NCBI GenBank assembly: GCA_963827165.1
Contig: CAWGZR010000010.1
Coordinates: 64,001-128,000, forward strand
Length of the DNA: 64,000 nt
Origin: Candidatus Bathyarchaeota archaeon
GTDB taxonomy: Archaea; Thermoproteota; Bathyarchaeia; Bathyarchaeales; Bathycorpusculaceae
Reading direction: 5' to 3'
A model generated the notes under the pieces. The model saw only the letters and a list, made by a program, of their open reading frames with translations. It did not search any database and had not been told where the DNA came from. Made by a program: the position numbers and the translations under genes. Shown one piece after another: positions 38,046 through 49,105 of the stretch (the stretch's first letter is position 1; each line of letters starts with the position of its first letter).

Positions 38046-38322
38046 AATTTCAATCGAGGTTTTTTTATGGTACTTTTTGAAGGTTTTTTTGGGCCAAAAA
38101 TTAATTGTCTTTGCCCTTTTTTGCGTTTGAATAATTGTTCCCAGAGAAGGTAAAGCGTATGCGGAAGTCATCGACAACTTGCGTCTATACGTGAGCTAGT
38201 TCGGGGGCATCCAAAATTTGAGAAGTTGAATACGGGAGTCAATGGCAAAAGACTTACCTTTTTGCTTTTAAGAAAATTTTAAAAGCTCTTGAACGCATAA
38301 GTGAGACGAGAGGGCGATTGGG

Positions 38323-39282
38323 TTGAGTGCACTTGAATTAGTGGCTATTGTTTTGCCAATAATCGTTATCATCATAGTTATTTATGCGCTTGTTTTGTCT
38401 ATTCGAATCGTCAGGCCTATCGACAAGGGTTTAGTGGAACGTTTTGGGAAGTACCACCGGTTTGTGGAGGGTGGAATAACTTTTCTTTTCCCCTTTATGG
38501 ATCGCATAATAAAAGTCAACATAACTGAACGTATGACGCCTGTTCAGCGCCAGGATGTCATCACCAAAGACAAGGTTTTCATGGGTGTGGATGCCGTGGT
38601 GTTCTACAAGATTAAGCCAGACGAAGTTTCTGTTAAGGCTTCCCAATACAACGTTGCAAACTTTTCTGCTCAAATTGACACTTTGGCTCGAACGGTTCTG
38701 AGGGATATCATAGGCGGGATGGACATGGCGATTGCGAACACTTCTAGGCCTATTATTAACAGCAGCCTCAAGATGGCTTTGGATCAGCAGACAGAGAAAT
38801 GGGGCATTGAAATCGTGAGGGCAGAAATCAAAGATTTGGAGCCGCCGAGAGAACTAATAATATCCATGGAGTCTGTGCTTAAAGCCGATAACGAAAGGCA
38901 AGCAGCTGAGAAAACAGCTATAGCTCAGGCCACTTTGGCGAGCGGAGAGAAAAACGCTGCGATCCAGGTTGCGGAGGGTCAAAAGCAGGCAGCTATCCTT
39001 CAATCTGAAGGTCAGAAGACAGCTACGATTACGATAGCTGAGGGCGATGCGCAGGCGACCAAGCTTAGGAATGAAGCGTTGACAACGTACTTCAAAGACA
39101 GCGCCGTCGTCTACAAGCAACTGGACACCATCGTGTCGTCATTGCAGAACAATACAAAGATTATTGTTCCCGAAGGCAAAGCCATATCGCTTATTCTTAA
39201 CGAACAGGAAAACCTGGCGAAAGCAACAATTATTCCGGTAACACTACCGCAACAGCAGAAAAACACGAAACAAACGTACTGA
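38323..39282 (+). CDS. SPFH/band-7 membrane protein (QmcA-like)
   Basis: GLVERFGKY, QDVITKD, WGIEIVRAEIKD, AEG repeats. Confidence 0.92.
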   Translation: MSALELVAIVLPIIVIIIVIYALVLSIRIVRPIDKGLVERFGKYHRFVEGGITFLFPFMDRIIKVNITERMTPVQRQDVITKDKVFMGVDAVVFYKIKPDEVSVKASQYNVANFSAQIDTLARTVLRDIIGGMDMAIANTSRPIINSSLKMALDQQTEKWGIEIVRAEIKDLEPPRELIISMESVLKADNERQAAEKTAIAQATLASGEKNAAIQVAEGQKQAAILQSEGQKTATITIAEGDAQATKLRNEALTTYFKDSAVVYKQLDTIVSSLQNNTKIIVPEGKAISLILNEQENLAKATIIPVTLPQQQKNTKQTY

Positions 39283-39435
39283 GTTTCCCGCCAATTTCTT
39301 AGGAAACATTATTTTTCTTTTTCTTAAAGAAAAGAATATTGTATTTCAAATTAGACTATTTCCGAAGAAACTCAATTAATCTCTGCAACTTTTGGAACAG
39401 CGGGTCAACTTCAATTTTCTGCGTTTTCAAAATTA

Positions 39436-39481
39436 AAAAAAAATAAAAAAAGGAAATGATTTTTTTGTTTAGGTTTTTTCA
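39436..39481 (-). terminator. T-rich terminator region duplicated at 42588-42633
   Basis: Identical 46-bp sequence after both surface-protein genes, ending in T tracts on the minus strand. Confidence 0.7.
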
Positions 39482-39483
39482 GC

Positions 39484-42189
39484 TTATGGATGCTTTCTTG
39501 TGACGAGCAATGCGAGAACTGCGCCGATAACGATTATGATAATAGCGATAGCAACGATTCCATATTCAACAGTGGAGTTAGATGCTAAGTTAGTGGCTGG
39601 AGTTGTAGTTGGAGCTGTTGATGCTGGTGGTGCTCCTGCGTAGAGGAATGTTGAGGCTGATGATGGGTAGTATCCGTGTGATCCTGCGAAAACTGCGTAG
39701 ACTGTATAGTTGCCCGTGATGTCTGGAGTCCATGTTAATCCCCAGTCGCCTAGTGCGTTAGATGTTGTCTGTCCGATTGAGCGGTAGTTGTTGTTGCTGT
39801 CTAAGACGTATATTGAGATTGGTACTCCGGTTGTGTTGCTTGGTAGTGGCTGCTGTTCATATGCTGCTTCCATCAAACCAGACATGCTAGGGTCAGAAAC
39901 GCATGGTAAGCCGTTGGGGAAGTTCTTTGCGACTGCTGATTGCGAAGCGCCTGGTGAAACGTCTGTAATGGTTCCTGTTATGGTTACTGGAGTCTTTGTT
40001 GTTGCGCCGATTGAAGGTGCGTTAATGGTTATTTTGCTTGGTCCTTGTGCGTATGCGTAGATTTGTCCGTCGTAGCTGTTGAATGTGGTCATTACGCCGT
40101 ATGCTACTGCAGTTGCCGTGTCATCAAAGCCTAGGTTGCTCCAGACTAGTTGACCAGTGTTGCCGTTCAATGCTACCTCTAAGGCTCCGTGTAACAACGG
40201 TGGGTTGTATTCGTGCCCTTCAGAAAGGTACAGGATTGTGTCTGCGCCTTGACCTGCTAAGGCTTCATCTGAGAAGACCCACAGTGGATAGGTTCCGTAT
40301 GGCGATTCTGTTCCAGCTGGTCCGTTAATCTGGTATGTGCTCCAAGACCACATGATAACGCCGTTGGTCATGTTGACCGCCCATACGTCGCCGCCTAAGC
40401 CCCAGATGTATAGGACGCCTGTTGTTGTATCTGGTGTTGTTGTTAAGCCATAAGAGTCGTATTGGTTTGGCATAAAGCCGTCAGACATTCGAACGTTAAG
40501 GTTTGTTGTCCAGAGTTGTGTGCCTGTAACCAGTGAGTACCCAGCGATCTCGTATGAGTCATAGTTTATTTCGCAGTACACTCCGTCGCATCCAGCTGGT
40601 GTGTTGCTGATTCTCGTGTAAGCCGGGTTGAATACGCCGCCAGTTCTGTTGGTTATCCACATCAGTTGTCCGTTAGCTGTGCTGAATCCTGCTTCAACTA
40701 GCCAACCTTGTTGCTCTTCGACTGAAGTTGTTCCTTGCTGCATTACCAGAGTGTTGCCAAACCAGTAAGTTGTTGCGACTAGTCCGCTGGTGCCGAGTCC
40801 TTGGACGACTACACCGTTTAGTACGGCGTTCTCTGAGACTGCCCATTGTAGTCCAGTGTTAAAGTCGAATACGGTGCCTGCAGGAAGTGTCCAGTCGAAT
40901 AAGCCGCCTAAAGCTGACATTGTGCCCGAATAAACTATCGCCTGTGTAAAGTTGTACATCTCCAGTACAGGTCCGTGAGTAACGGTGTTGAAAGTTTCAG
41001 CTTTGTATTGGACTTGACCAAGAGCGTTTATCGTAGGCTGTTGAACTGTCAATGTAGGATAAGTTGGTCCGAACGCAGATGAGTTGGTTGCTGCGATGTA
41101 TCCAATCAGGTTTCCGTTTGAGTCGGCACCGAACGCGGTCCACGCGGGAACGTTTTTAACGGTCGCGACTTGCTGACCTGTCAAGCCGTCATAAATAGTC
41201 CATGCGTTTGGACTGGAGAACAATCCGCCTCCATTTTGGGCGATAATGTATGGTCCGACACAGCCGTATTGGTCGATGGTTGGGAAGTTAAGTATCATGC
41301 CGCATCTCAACGTAAGTGTCGTGTTGATTATCCACATAGTCTGTCCAGTATACAAGTTGAACGCCATGATTCCTTGCGAGCTACCAGTTTGTGTTGTGTA
41401 CCAGGTTGAGTATTCTATACCGTCCATGATTATTGGTGCGTATTTGGGGTCGTACTGTGACGTTGTCCAGTAGCTACTGGATTGTTCGTTGTTGCCGTAT
41501 GGTCCGCCTGCGACTCCTCCGACACACCATGGTTTAGTCCATAGAATGTGTGAAGATGATGGCGCGACCGTGTACGGGTTGTAGTTGCTTGTTTCATTGT
41601 ATCCCCCTGTAGCGGCAAATGTGTTTGCTACATATCCCATCCATGGTCCGGAAATAGAAGACCAAAGTTGGACGTTTTCAGAGTTGACTGGTGCTTCCCA
41701 GTAGTTTGTTGGGAGGGGTGTATCTGCTAAACCGCCTCTCGGAGTTGATGTCACGATCAGAGTTGCTGGTTCACTTATGCTGGGCTCGTTGTAGTATTGT
41801 GAATCTGCGCCAGTGTATTGTTGTCCTGCATATTTCAATTGGAATGTGTAGTTGCCTACTGTAGTCGGTGTATAGGTTGTGAATGTGCCACCGGTTGTGT
41901 CAGTCGTGAATGTTCCTAGTGATGTCTGTGTTCCGCCTGGAGGGGTAACGTAAATTGTCATGCCTACAGCACGTTCACTGTCGAATAGTGGTACGGCTAG
42001 CCAGAAGTCAACTGTCACGGTTTGCCCGACACCGCATGGATTAGGTGCAACGTTGCAGAAAGCGATTGTTGGAACGTCTATGCTGCCCGCGGTTTGTGCA
42101 TGTGCTGCCATTGCGACTGCTCCGCCAATAACTGTTATCATAAGAACCGACATAATGATTGCTGCAATTTTATTTTTTATTGAGTTCAT
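39484..42189 (-). CDS. 901-aa secreted PQQ-like beta-propeller surface protein, paralog A
   Basis: Signal peptide, Ig-like N and C domains, propeller motifs (FNSYDGQIYAY), C-terminal TM then RKHP. Confidence 0.85.
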   Translation of the reverse strand: MNSIKNKIAAIIMSVLMITVIGGAVAMAAHAQTAGSIDVPTIAFCNVAPNPCGVGQTVTVDFWLAVPLFDSERAVGMTIYVTPPGGTQTSLGTFTTDTTGGTFTTYTPTTVGNYTFQLKYAGQQYTGADSQYYNEPSISEPATLIVTSTPRGGLADTPLPTNYWEAPVNSENVQLWSSISGPWMGYVANTFAATGGYNETSNYNPYTVAPSSSHILWTKPWCVGGVAGGPYGNNEQSSSYWTTSQYDPKYAPIIMDGIEYSTWYTTQTGSSQGIMAFNLYTGQTMWIINTTLTLRCGMILNFPTIDQYGCVGPYIIAQNGGGLFSSPNAWTIYDGLTGQQVATVKNVPAWTAFGADSNGNLIGYIAATNSSAFGPTYPTLTVQQPTINALGQVQYKAETFNTVTHGPVLEMYNFTQAIVYSGTMSALGGLFDWTLPAGTVFDFNTGLQWAVSENAVLNGVVVQGLGTSGLVATTYWFGNTLVMQQGTTSVEEQQGWLVEAGFSTANGQLMWITNRTGGVFNPAYTRISNTPAGCDGVYCEINYDSYEIAGYSLVTGTQLWTTNLNVRMSDGFMPNQYDSYGLTTTPDTTTGVLYIWGLGGDVWAVNMTNGVIMWSWSTYQINGPAGTESPYGTYPLWVFSDEALAGQGADTILYLSEGHEYNPPLLHGALEVALNGNTGQLVWSNLGFDDTATAVAYGVMTTFNSYDGQIYAYAQGPSKITINAPSIGATTKTPVTITGTITDVSPGASQSAVAKNFPNGLPCVSDPSMSGLMEAAYEQQPLPSNTTGVPISIYVLDSNNNYRSIGQTTSNALGDWGLTWTPDITGNYTVYAVFAGSHGYYPSSASTFLYAGAPPASTAPTTTPATNLASNSTVEYGIVAIAIIIIVIGAVLALLVTRKHP

Positions 42190-42587
42190 TTTTTCTTTTC
42201 ATCCTTTTGTTTTAATTATGTTGAGCAAGTGATCTAATGTCATTACTCAACGAGTCCTCTTGTGGGATCAATGACTATATAAAACTTATGCGGATGCATG
42301 TTTTGCGTCCGCTTTTTGAAGCATTCCCCCTCATTTTATTTCGCTTTTGCACCAAAAAACGTGGGAAAAAATTATTTTCATGAATAACCGTGAAATATTC
42401 TCACGTATAGTGTTCACTACATGAACTTGGTCTACCTTCTCTTTTGCGTTCCTTATCAAGCTGGTAATAGGGATCAACGCAGGTTTTTAACCAAAAAGAA
42501 ACATGTTGTTTCGAAATTGGCTTAACCCTAAGTTTAGACGAAAAGACATAATTGCCGGTAGGTTAAATGCTGCTTTCATAAGACTCG

Positions 42588-42633
42588 AAAAAAAATAAAA
42601 AAAGGAAATGATTTTTTTGTTTAGGTTTTTTCA
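42588..42633 (-). terminator. T-rich terminator region, copy of 39436-39481
   Basis: aaaaaaaataaaaaaaggaaatgatttttttgtttaggttttttca. Confidence 0.7.
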
Positions 42634-42635
42634 AC

Positions 42636-45341
42636 TTACGGATGCTTTCTTGTGACGAGCAATGCGAGAACTGCGCCGATAACGATTATGATGATAGCAA
42701 TAGCAACGATTCCATATTCAACTGTGCTATTAGATGCTAAGTTAGTGGCTGGAGTTGTAGTTGGCGCTGTTGATGCTACCGGTTCGCCTGCGAACATGTG
42801 CGCTGTGGCTGATGATCCGTAGTATCCGTTTGTGCCTGCGAAAACTGCGTAGACTGTGTAGTTGCCGGCGATGTCGGGTGTCCAAGTTAGGCTGTATGAT
42901 CCGCTTGCGTCTGAGGTTGTTGTGGCGACTGCGCGGTAGTTGTTGTTGCTGTCTAAGACGTAGATTGTAACTGGAACGCCTGTTAAGTTGCTTGGCATCG
43001 GCTGCTGCTCGTACGCTGCTTCCATTAATCCGGACATGCTTGCATCTGATACGCATGGCAGACCGTTGGGGAAGTTCGCTGCGACCGCTGGTTGTGATGC
43101 GCCTGCGCTTATGTCTGTGACTGCGCCGCTGATGACTATCGGGGTCTTTGTAGTTACGCCGATTGCAGGTACGTTGATTGTTGTTTTGCTTGGTCCCTGT
43201 GCGTACGCGTAGATTTGTCCGTCGTATGCGTTGAGTGTTGTCATGACGCCGTCTGCGACTGCGGTTGCTGTGTCGTCAAAGCCTAGGTTGCTCCAGAGCA
43301 GTTTGCCTGTATTTCCGTCAAAGGCTAGTTCTTGTGCACCATGGAACAGCGGTGGGTCATATTCGTGTCCTTCAGATAGGTATAGTACGGTATTTGCGCC
43401 TTGTCCTGCTAGGGCTTCATCAGAGAAGACCCAGATCGGGTAAATGCCATATGGAGATTCAGTGCCTGCAGGTCCGTGAAGCTGATAGGTGCTCCATGAC
43501 CAGATGATTGCGCCGTTAGTTATGTTGAGTGCCCATACGTCGCCTCCTAAGGCCCAAACGTACAGAACCCCGGTTGTTGTGTCAGGTACAGTTTCGAAGT
43601 CGAATGAGTCATATGGGTTCGGCATGTTGCCGTCAGCCATTGGAACGTTAAGGTTACTTGTCCAAACAGATTTGCCTGTGTCAACGTTGAAGCCTTCAGC
43701 CACGTATGAATTCTGGTTAATTTCCACGTAGATTCCGTCGGCTAATGATGGCGTGTTGCTTAGTCTGGTGTATGATGGGTTAAGCATGGGTGTGTCAGAG
43801 CTTGTACGGTTGTATATCCATTCGAGGTGTCCGTCTTTTGTGCTAAAGCCTGCTTCAACCTGGTATCCTTTTTGTTCCGCGACTGAAACGGTTCCGGTTG
43901 ATGTGACTATGGTGTTTTGTCCCCAGACGCTGAATCCGAAGCCGCCTCCAGTTAAGCCTGATACGAGTGCACCGTTAAGATATGCGCCCATTGGGTTAGA
44001 CCACATGACGCCGTTCTTCCAGAGGAACACTGAGTTCAAAGAGAAGCCGAAGTTGAATGCCGCATTGAAGTTCAAGGCAAGACTTAAGTTCCAAAGGTAC
44101 AGGTTGGGTCCTAAAGTAGAGTTCACAACGAAAGTATGAGTAGTTGTCGTGGTTCCAAGTAGCGCGGTTCCAGCCCATGTTACGGTCATGGATCCAGCAG
44201 TGCTGTTTGTGCCGTAGCCGATGATGTTTCCGTGCGCGTCTTCACCTAGGTATCCTGGGGCTGTTCCGTTGACGACTGCACAGAGGAATTGCCCTGTTAA
44301 GCCGTCGAAGATGTTGAATTCAGTTCCAGTGTTGTGCCAGCTTGGTGACATTCCGCCTGTCTGTGATGCGGGCATTGTGCCTGTGGTGATGAGGAAGGGA
44401 CCTGTAACGCCGTATTGGTTGATGTTTTCAAAGTCTGTGACCATGCCGCATCTGAGGATGGTGGTTGTGTTCATTACCCAAAGGGTTTGGCCGCTGAATA
44501 GGTCAATTGCGATGATTCCTTGTTCGCTGCTTGTACTGCTTGTGTACCATGTTGAGTATTCTACTCCGTTGATTATGACGGGGGCATATTTGGGTTCATA
44601 TTGTGATGTTACCCAGTAATTGCTGAATTGCTCACTGCCGCCGAGTTCGCCGCCTGCAATTCCGCCTGCACACCAAACTTTCGTCCATATGATGTGGGCG
44701 GTTTTTGGAGTAGCGCTGTATGGGTTGTAGTTGCCGGTGAAGTTGTAGCCTCCTGTTGCTGCGAATGTGTTTGCTGCGAATCCGAGCCATGATCCAGTTA
44801 ATGCGGACCATAGTTGGACGTTTTCTGCATTGGCTGGTGTTTGCCACCACGTTGTTGGAAGTGGTGTGTCTGGTAAGCCGCCTCTTGGCTCGTTGGTTAC
44901 GATAAGAGTTGCTTTTTCACTTGTGCTGCCTTGGTTGTAGTATGCCTGATTAGCTCCTGTGTATTGCTGTCCTCCATAAACCATCCAGAATGTGTAGTTG
45001 CCCACTGTGCTTGGAGTGTATGTGGTGAATGTGCCGCCGGTTAAGTCTGCTGTGAAGTTTCCTAAGGTGCTTGTTACTCCCGCGGGGGTGGTAACGTAGA
45101 CTTGTAAGCCAACTGCGTGTTCGCTGTCAAACATCGGGTCTGCGAGCCAAAAGCCTACAGTGACTACCTGTCCGACACCGCATGGGTTAGGTGCAACGTT
45201 GCAATAAGCGATTGTTGGAACAATGATGCTGCCTGCTGTCTGTGCATTTGTGCTTGGGATAAGTACTGAGGTACCGCTGATGATGAATATCATTACAATC
45301 GAGATGGCTATCGCTGCAATTTTATTTTTTGTGTTTATCAT
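42636..45341 (-). CDS. 901-aa secreted PQQ-like beta-propeller surface protein, paralog B
   Basis: Colinear paralog of A with identical last ~44 aa. Confidence 0.85.
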   Translation of the reverse strand: MINTKNKIAAIAISIVMIFIISGTSVLIPSTNAQTAGSIIVPTIAYCNVAPNPCGVGQVVTVGFWLADPMFDSEHAVGLQVYVTTPAGVTSTLGNFTADLTGGTFTTYTPSTVGNYTFWMVYGGQQYTGANQAYYNQGSTSEKATLIVTNEPRGGLPDTPLPTTWWQTPANAENVQLWSALTGSWLGFAANTFAATGGYNFTGNYNPYSATPKTAHIIWTKVWCAGGIAGGELGGSEQFSNYWVTSQYEPKYAPVIINGVEYSTWYTSSTSSEQGIIAIDLFSGQTLWVMNTTTILRCGMVTDFENINQYGVTGPFLITTGTMPASQTGGMSPSWHNTGTEFNIFDGLTGQFLCAVVNGTAPGYLGEDAHGNIIGYGTNSTAGSMTVTWAGTALLGTTTTTHTFVVNSTLGPNLYLWNLSLALNFNAAFNFGFSLNSVFLWKNGVMWSNPMGAYLNGALVSGLTGGGFGFSVWGQNTIVTSTGTVSVAEQKGYQVEAGFSTKDGHLEWIYNRTSSDTPMLNPSYTRLSNTPSLADGIYVEINQNSYVAEGFNVDTGKSVWTSNLNVPMADGNMPNPYDSFDFETVPDTTTGVLYVWALGGDVWALNITNGAIIWSWSTYQLHGPAGTESPYGIYPIWVFSDEALAGQGANTVLYLSEGHEYDPPLFHGAQELAFDGNTGKLLWSNLGFDDTATAVADGVMTTLNAYDGQIYAYAQGPSKTTINVPAIGVTTKTPIVISGAVTDISAGASQPAVAANFPNGLPCVSDASMSGLMEAAYEQQPMPSNLTGVPVTIYVLDSNNNYRAVATTTSDASGSYSLTWTPDIAGNYTVYAVFAGTNGYYGSSATAHMFAGEPVASTAPTTTPATNLASNSTVEYGIVAIAIIIIVIGAVLALLVTRKHP

Positions 45342-45634
45342 TTTTCTCTTTTCTTCCTTAATTTTCTATTATTTGATTGAGCAAAAAGCCTTTAGCTGTT
45401 TACCCAATAAGCTTTCTTATGCCTTCATAACGTATTTAATACTTCCGTGAAGCTACACCAGTGTACCTATGTATTGAGAAAAAAAGTTTTGTTGAACAAA
45501 TATCCAGATGTCTGCCATTTTTCTCCTTGTTCTTGCAAGTGAGGAGGGTCAAATAAAGAAGAAGGCTAATCAATTCAACTCGCCTTAAGACTAATGATCC
45601 TCCGAAAACAAGCCCTAAGCCGCCGATTTCGCGG

Positions 45635-46684
45635 TCAAGCGGGCTGCTGTTGCGAGATACAATGAATCGCGCCGAACCCACATATCAAATCGACGCAGTT
45701 TACACCTACAACGGTTCTTGTTGGGAAAAGTTTCTGAAGGATATTAACCGCAATTTTGTCGTTTTCGCTTTCGAAAGTCGGAACCAAAACCGTTCGGTTG
45801 CCTATGTAAAAGTTTGTGTAACTCGCAGGCAACCTCTTCCCATCGTAGCAAACGTTTCCAGGCATTGGCAGCTTGATAACCTCGAGTTTGTTCCCTTCTT
45901 GATCTGTTGATTGCTCCAATAATTCAAAGTTTTTTCTTAAAGCTTCGTTGTTTTCGTCGTCTCCATCGTCATAGCCGCACACAACTGTAGTTGGGTTCAC
46001 GAAACGCGCTAAGTCGTCAACGTGCCCATCGGTGTCATCTCCAACTATACCGCTTTTCAACCAGATTACGTGAGTGACACCCAAATAATCCATCAGGAAC
46101 TTTTCGATTTCCTCTTTCTTAAGGCATCCATTCCGGTTCTTGTTCAAGAGGCATTGTTCAGTGGTAAGCAGAGTTCCTTTTCCATTGACGTCAATGGAAC
46201 CGCCTTCCAAAACGACTCCAGGCTCAAAACATGGCAGCTGCATAGCCTTGTTGATTTCATGCGGTATCTGCGCATCCTTCATAAGTTCCTCATATTTTTC
46301 TCCCCAAGAATTGAAAGTCCAATGCACTATCGCCAAATCTGCGTCATGCTTAACGAAAATAGGACCGTAATCGCGGAACCAAACGTCAGCATAACCGAAC
46401 ACAAAAAAACGTACCCTCTTCAGGTCAATATTGCGGGCTTGAAGCAGGCTAGATACTTCTTCCTTCATGCACGGGTCCTTTACGAAAAGATTAACGTTCT
46501 CATCCTTGTGCAGCAAGCTGATGATTTGAACAAATGTTTCTTCAACTTTTTCAACCCCCGATGTAAATGTTGTAGGGTCATGTGGCCAAGCGAGCCAGAT
46601 TGCCTCATGTTTTGACCATTCAGCGGGCATGCAGTAGCCAAGTTCTCGAGGCGTTTTTTCCTGGGCATTTCGCGGATTCTTCAT
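45635..46684 (-). CDS. aguA: Agmatine deiminase
   Basis: MPAEW..H, WFRDYGP, LEGGSIDVNG, DTDGHVD, GAIHCISQQQP; likely start ATG 46684. Confidence 0.93.
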   Translation of the reverse strand: MKNPRNAQEKTPRELGYCMPAEWSKHEAIWLAWPHDPTTFTSGVEKVEETFVQIISLLHKDENVNLFVKDPCMKEEVSSLLQARNIDLKRVRFFVFGYADVWFRDYGPIFVKHDADLAIVHWTFNSWGEKYEELMKDAQIPHEINKAMQLPCFEPGVVLEGGSIDVNGKGTLLTTEQCLLNKNRNGCLKKEEIEKFLMDYLGVTHVIWLKSGIVGDDTDGHVDDLARFVNPTTVVCGYDDGDDENNEALRKNFELLEQSTDQEGNKLEVIKLPMPGNVCYDGKRLPASYTNFYIGNRTVLVPTFESENDKIAVNILQKLFPTRTVVGVNCVDLICGFGAIHCISQQQPA

Positions 46685-46688
46685 TAAC

Positions 46689-47600
46689 TTAGGTGTCCTC
46701 CACGAGTTCGCGGTAAGAGTCAGGTCGCCGATTTCGAAGAAAACCCCAGCCATCCTGAATCCTCTTGTTTTTTGCAAGATCAACCTCAACAACCAAAGTT
46801 TCCTCTTTCCTCATGCTTGCCTCTTTAAGCATCATGCCAAACGAGTCACATACAAATGAACCGCCCCAAAACCCAAGTTTCCCTTCCACACCAACACGGT
46901 TCACAGCGGCCACATGGACGCCATTCGCGATAGCATTACCGCGCTGAACAGTTTTCCAAGCGTCATGCCAGTCGCCATCCGATGAGACTTCGCCTTCGAT
47001 ATAGCCAATCGCCGTTGGGTAAAAGAGGATTTCCGCACCCTTCAAAGCATTGATTCTTGCAGGTTCAGGAAACCATTGATCATAACAAATCAGCACCGAT
47101 AAGCGGGCGTAACGGGTTTCGAAGACACGGTATCCTGTGTCACCTGCGTCAAAAAAGTTTTTTTCGTAAAACAGGGGATCGCAGGGTACATGCATCTTGC
47201 GATAAACGCCCAAGGTTTTCCCGTCTGCATCAATTACAACGGCTGAATTGTAGAAATTCCCATTCCAAGCCTTCTCAAAAATAGGCGCAATTATGACGGC
47301 GGCGTTCTTTTTCGCCAGCGTCGAAAATGTTCTTGTAGTTTCGCCGGGAACTGTTTCAGCCAAACCGCTTGCATCTTGTTTTTCGGTCTGCGGAAAATAC
47401 CGTGATCTGTAAAGCTCGGGTAGGCAGATTATTTGAGCGCCCCTGCTTGAGGCTTCTTCAACTTTTTCGACCGCATTTTTCATATTGTCGGCTATGACGT
47501 CTGAAGCAGCGGTTTGAATTAGCCCAACTTTGACGATTTTTTCTTGATCCAGTGGCTGAGAGATCCTCGAAACAGTAACCACCCTTTTTCTTAGTTGCAA
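46689..47600 (-). CDS. aguB: N-carbamoylputrescine amidase (nitrilase family)
   Basis: CLPELY, YRKMHVP, ICYDQWFPEPAR, FLRNRRPDSY. Confidence 0.9.
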   Translation of the reverse strand: MQLRKRVVTVSRISQPLDQEKIVKVGLIQTAASDVIADNMKNAVEKVEEASSRGAQIICLPELYRSRYFPQTEKQDASGLAETVPGETTRTFSTLAKKNAAVIIAPIFEKAWNGNFYNSAVVIDADGKTLGVYRKMHVPCDPLFYEKNFFDAGDTGYRVFETRYARLSVLICYDQWFPEPARINALKGAEILFYPTAIGYIEGEVSSDGDWHDAWKTVQRGNAIANGVHVAAVNRVGVEGKLGFWGGSFVCDSFGMMLKEASMRKEETLVVEVDLAKNKRIQDGWGFLRNRRPDSYRELVEDT

Positions 47601-47821
47601 GTATGTAAGTTTTGAAGGTTATAACTTTTCTGAAGCTAGTTCAATGGAACCTGCTTTGACTTTTCCCGTGCGTTTGAAGAAAAAGAGCAACTTCACTGAT
47701 GCGAATAGGGTACTTAGTAAAACTGAGGTTTGGGATTAAGGGTCGGGGCTTTAAAGGCCTTGCAGAACTGCTATCCCCGGCTTGAAGCAAACGGTTAATT
47801 TCTTGTCTTCCAAATAGTTAA

Positions 47822-49105
47822 TTGGTCAGGTTCTTTTTGGGTAAACCACAAGACGCCGCTCTAAAACCACAGCTTACGTTGTTTGATGCCATAGTCACGG
47901 GTCTCGCAGCAATTCTCGGCGCAGGCATATTCACAGTAATAGCGCCCGCGGCAGGACTAGCTGGACCCGCCATCTTGATATCCTTTGGCATCGCGGCGTT
48001 CGTGGCGTTTTGCAACGCGTCATCGTCAATCCAGTTAGCCGCTGTTTTCCCCCGTTCAGGAGGCACCTACGAGTTTGGAAGGAGAATGCTGGGCAACTGG
48101 TGGGGTTTCATTGCAGGCTGGATGTTCCTTTTGGCAAACACTGTGGGACCAGGCGTAAGCGCTATAGCATTCGGAAGCTACCTTCACGCAGTCTGGCCCG
48201 CTGTTCCAAGCCAAGTAGCAGCAATCGGCGTTGCAGTGGTTATGGTTCTTCTTGACGCCGTAGGAATTCGCAGATCAGTACGAGTGACAGGAGTAATAGT
48301 CATTTTGTCAATTGCCGCCCTCCTAACTGTCGCTGTGATCGGTCTCCCATCTGCGCATTTAGCTAATTTCTTACCGTTTGCCCCAGGCGGAGTCGTTGGA
48401 ATATTGCGCGCCACAGGATTACTTTTCTTCGCCTACACTGGATACAGCAGAATCGCAACTCTGGTAGAAGAAGTGAAAAATCCGAAGAAAACCATCCCGA
48501 GAGCCTCTTTGATAGCGCTCGGCAGCGTCACCTTCCTTTATCTCTTTGTAGTTGGAACGGCAATTGCTGTCTTGGGAGCATCGGGCTTGGCAGGTTCACC
48601 TTCGCCTTTGGAAGCTATGATGATAGCTGTTGGAAGTGGCTTGGGCGTGGCTTTGGTGGCGGGAGGCGCATTGTTAACAACCTTCAACGAGGGGCTCTCC
48701 GATCTTTTAGGAGTTTCTCGCGTTGCCTTCGCCATGGGCAGGGAAAGCGACTTACCTATTGGTTTAGCAAAACTTGGTGCTGGCAAAAACCCGTGGAGAA
48801 GCGTAATCTTTGTCGGAGCAGTCACGCTGATTGTTGCAGCTTTTGCCCCGCTGGAATTGGCGGTGGCGGTATCCAGCTTCGGCACACTACTATACTACTC
48901 CATAACCAACGTTTCAGCCCTTAAACTGCCAAACGCACAAAGAACTTTCCCACGCGCTCTTGCAGTAGCTGGACTCGCGGGATGTTTAGGGCTAGCATTT
49001 GCTTTATCCCCTGAATACATTGCAGTTGGACTATTGATTCTGGCGGCTGGCGCAGTATTCTATGTGATACGCAGAAGAATTATGCGGCAAAAACAGTCAA
49101 CTTAA
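47822..49105 (+). CDS. APC-family amino acid/polyamine permease
   Basis: ILGAGIF, PRSGGTYEF, FFAYTGY..EEVKNPKKTIPRA. Confidence 0.9.
   Translation: MVRFFLGKPQDAALKPQLTLFDAIVTGLAAILGAGIFTVIAPAAGLAGPAILISFGIAAFVAFCNASSSIQLAAVFPRSGGTYEFGRRMLGNWWGFIAGWMFLLANTVGPGVSAIAFGSYLHAVWPAVPSQVAAIGVAVVMVLLDAVGIRRSVRVTGVIVILSIAALLTVAVIGLPSAHLANFLPFAPGGVVGILRATGLLFFAYTGYSRIATLVEEVKNPKKTIPRASLIALGSVTFLYLFVVGTAIAVLGASGLAGSPSPLEAMMIAVGSGLGVALVAGGALLTTFNEGLSDLLGVSRVAFAMGRESDLPIGLAKLGAGKNPWRSVIFVGAVTLIVAAFAPLELAVAVSSFGTLLYYSITNVSALKLPNAQRTFPRALAVAGLAGCLGLAFALSPEYIAVGLLILAAGAVFYVIRRRIMRQKQST

Noticed and set aside
46684-46792. aguB-aguA overlap or frameshifted fusion
   Set aside because: An ATG 4 bp after the aguB stop gives a complete deiminase
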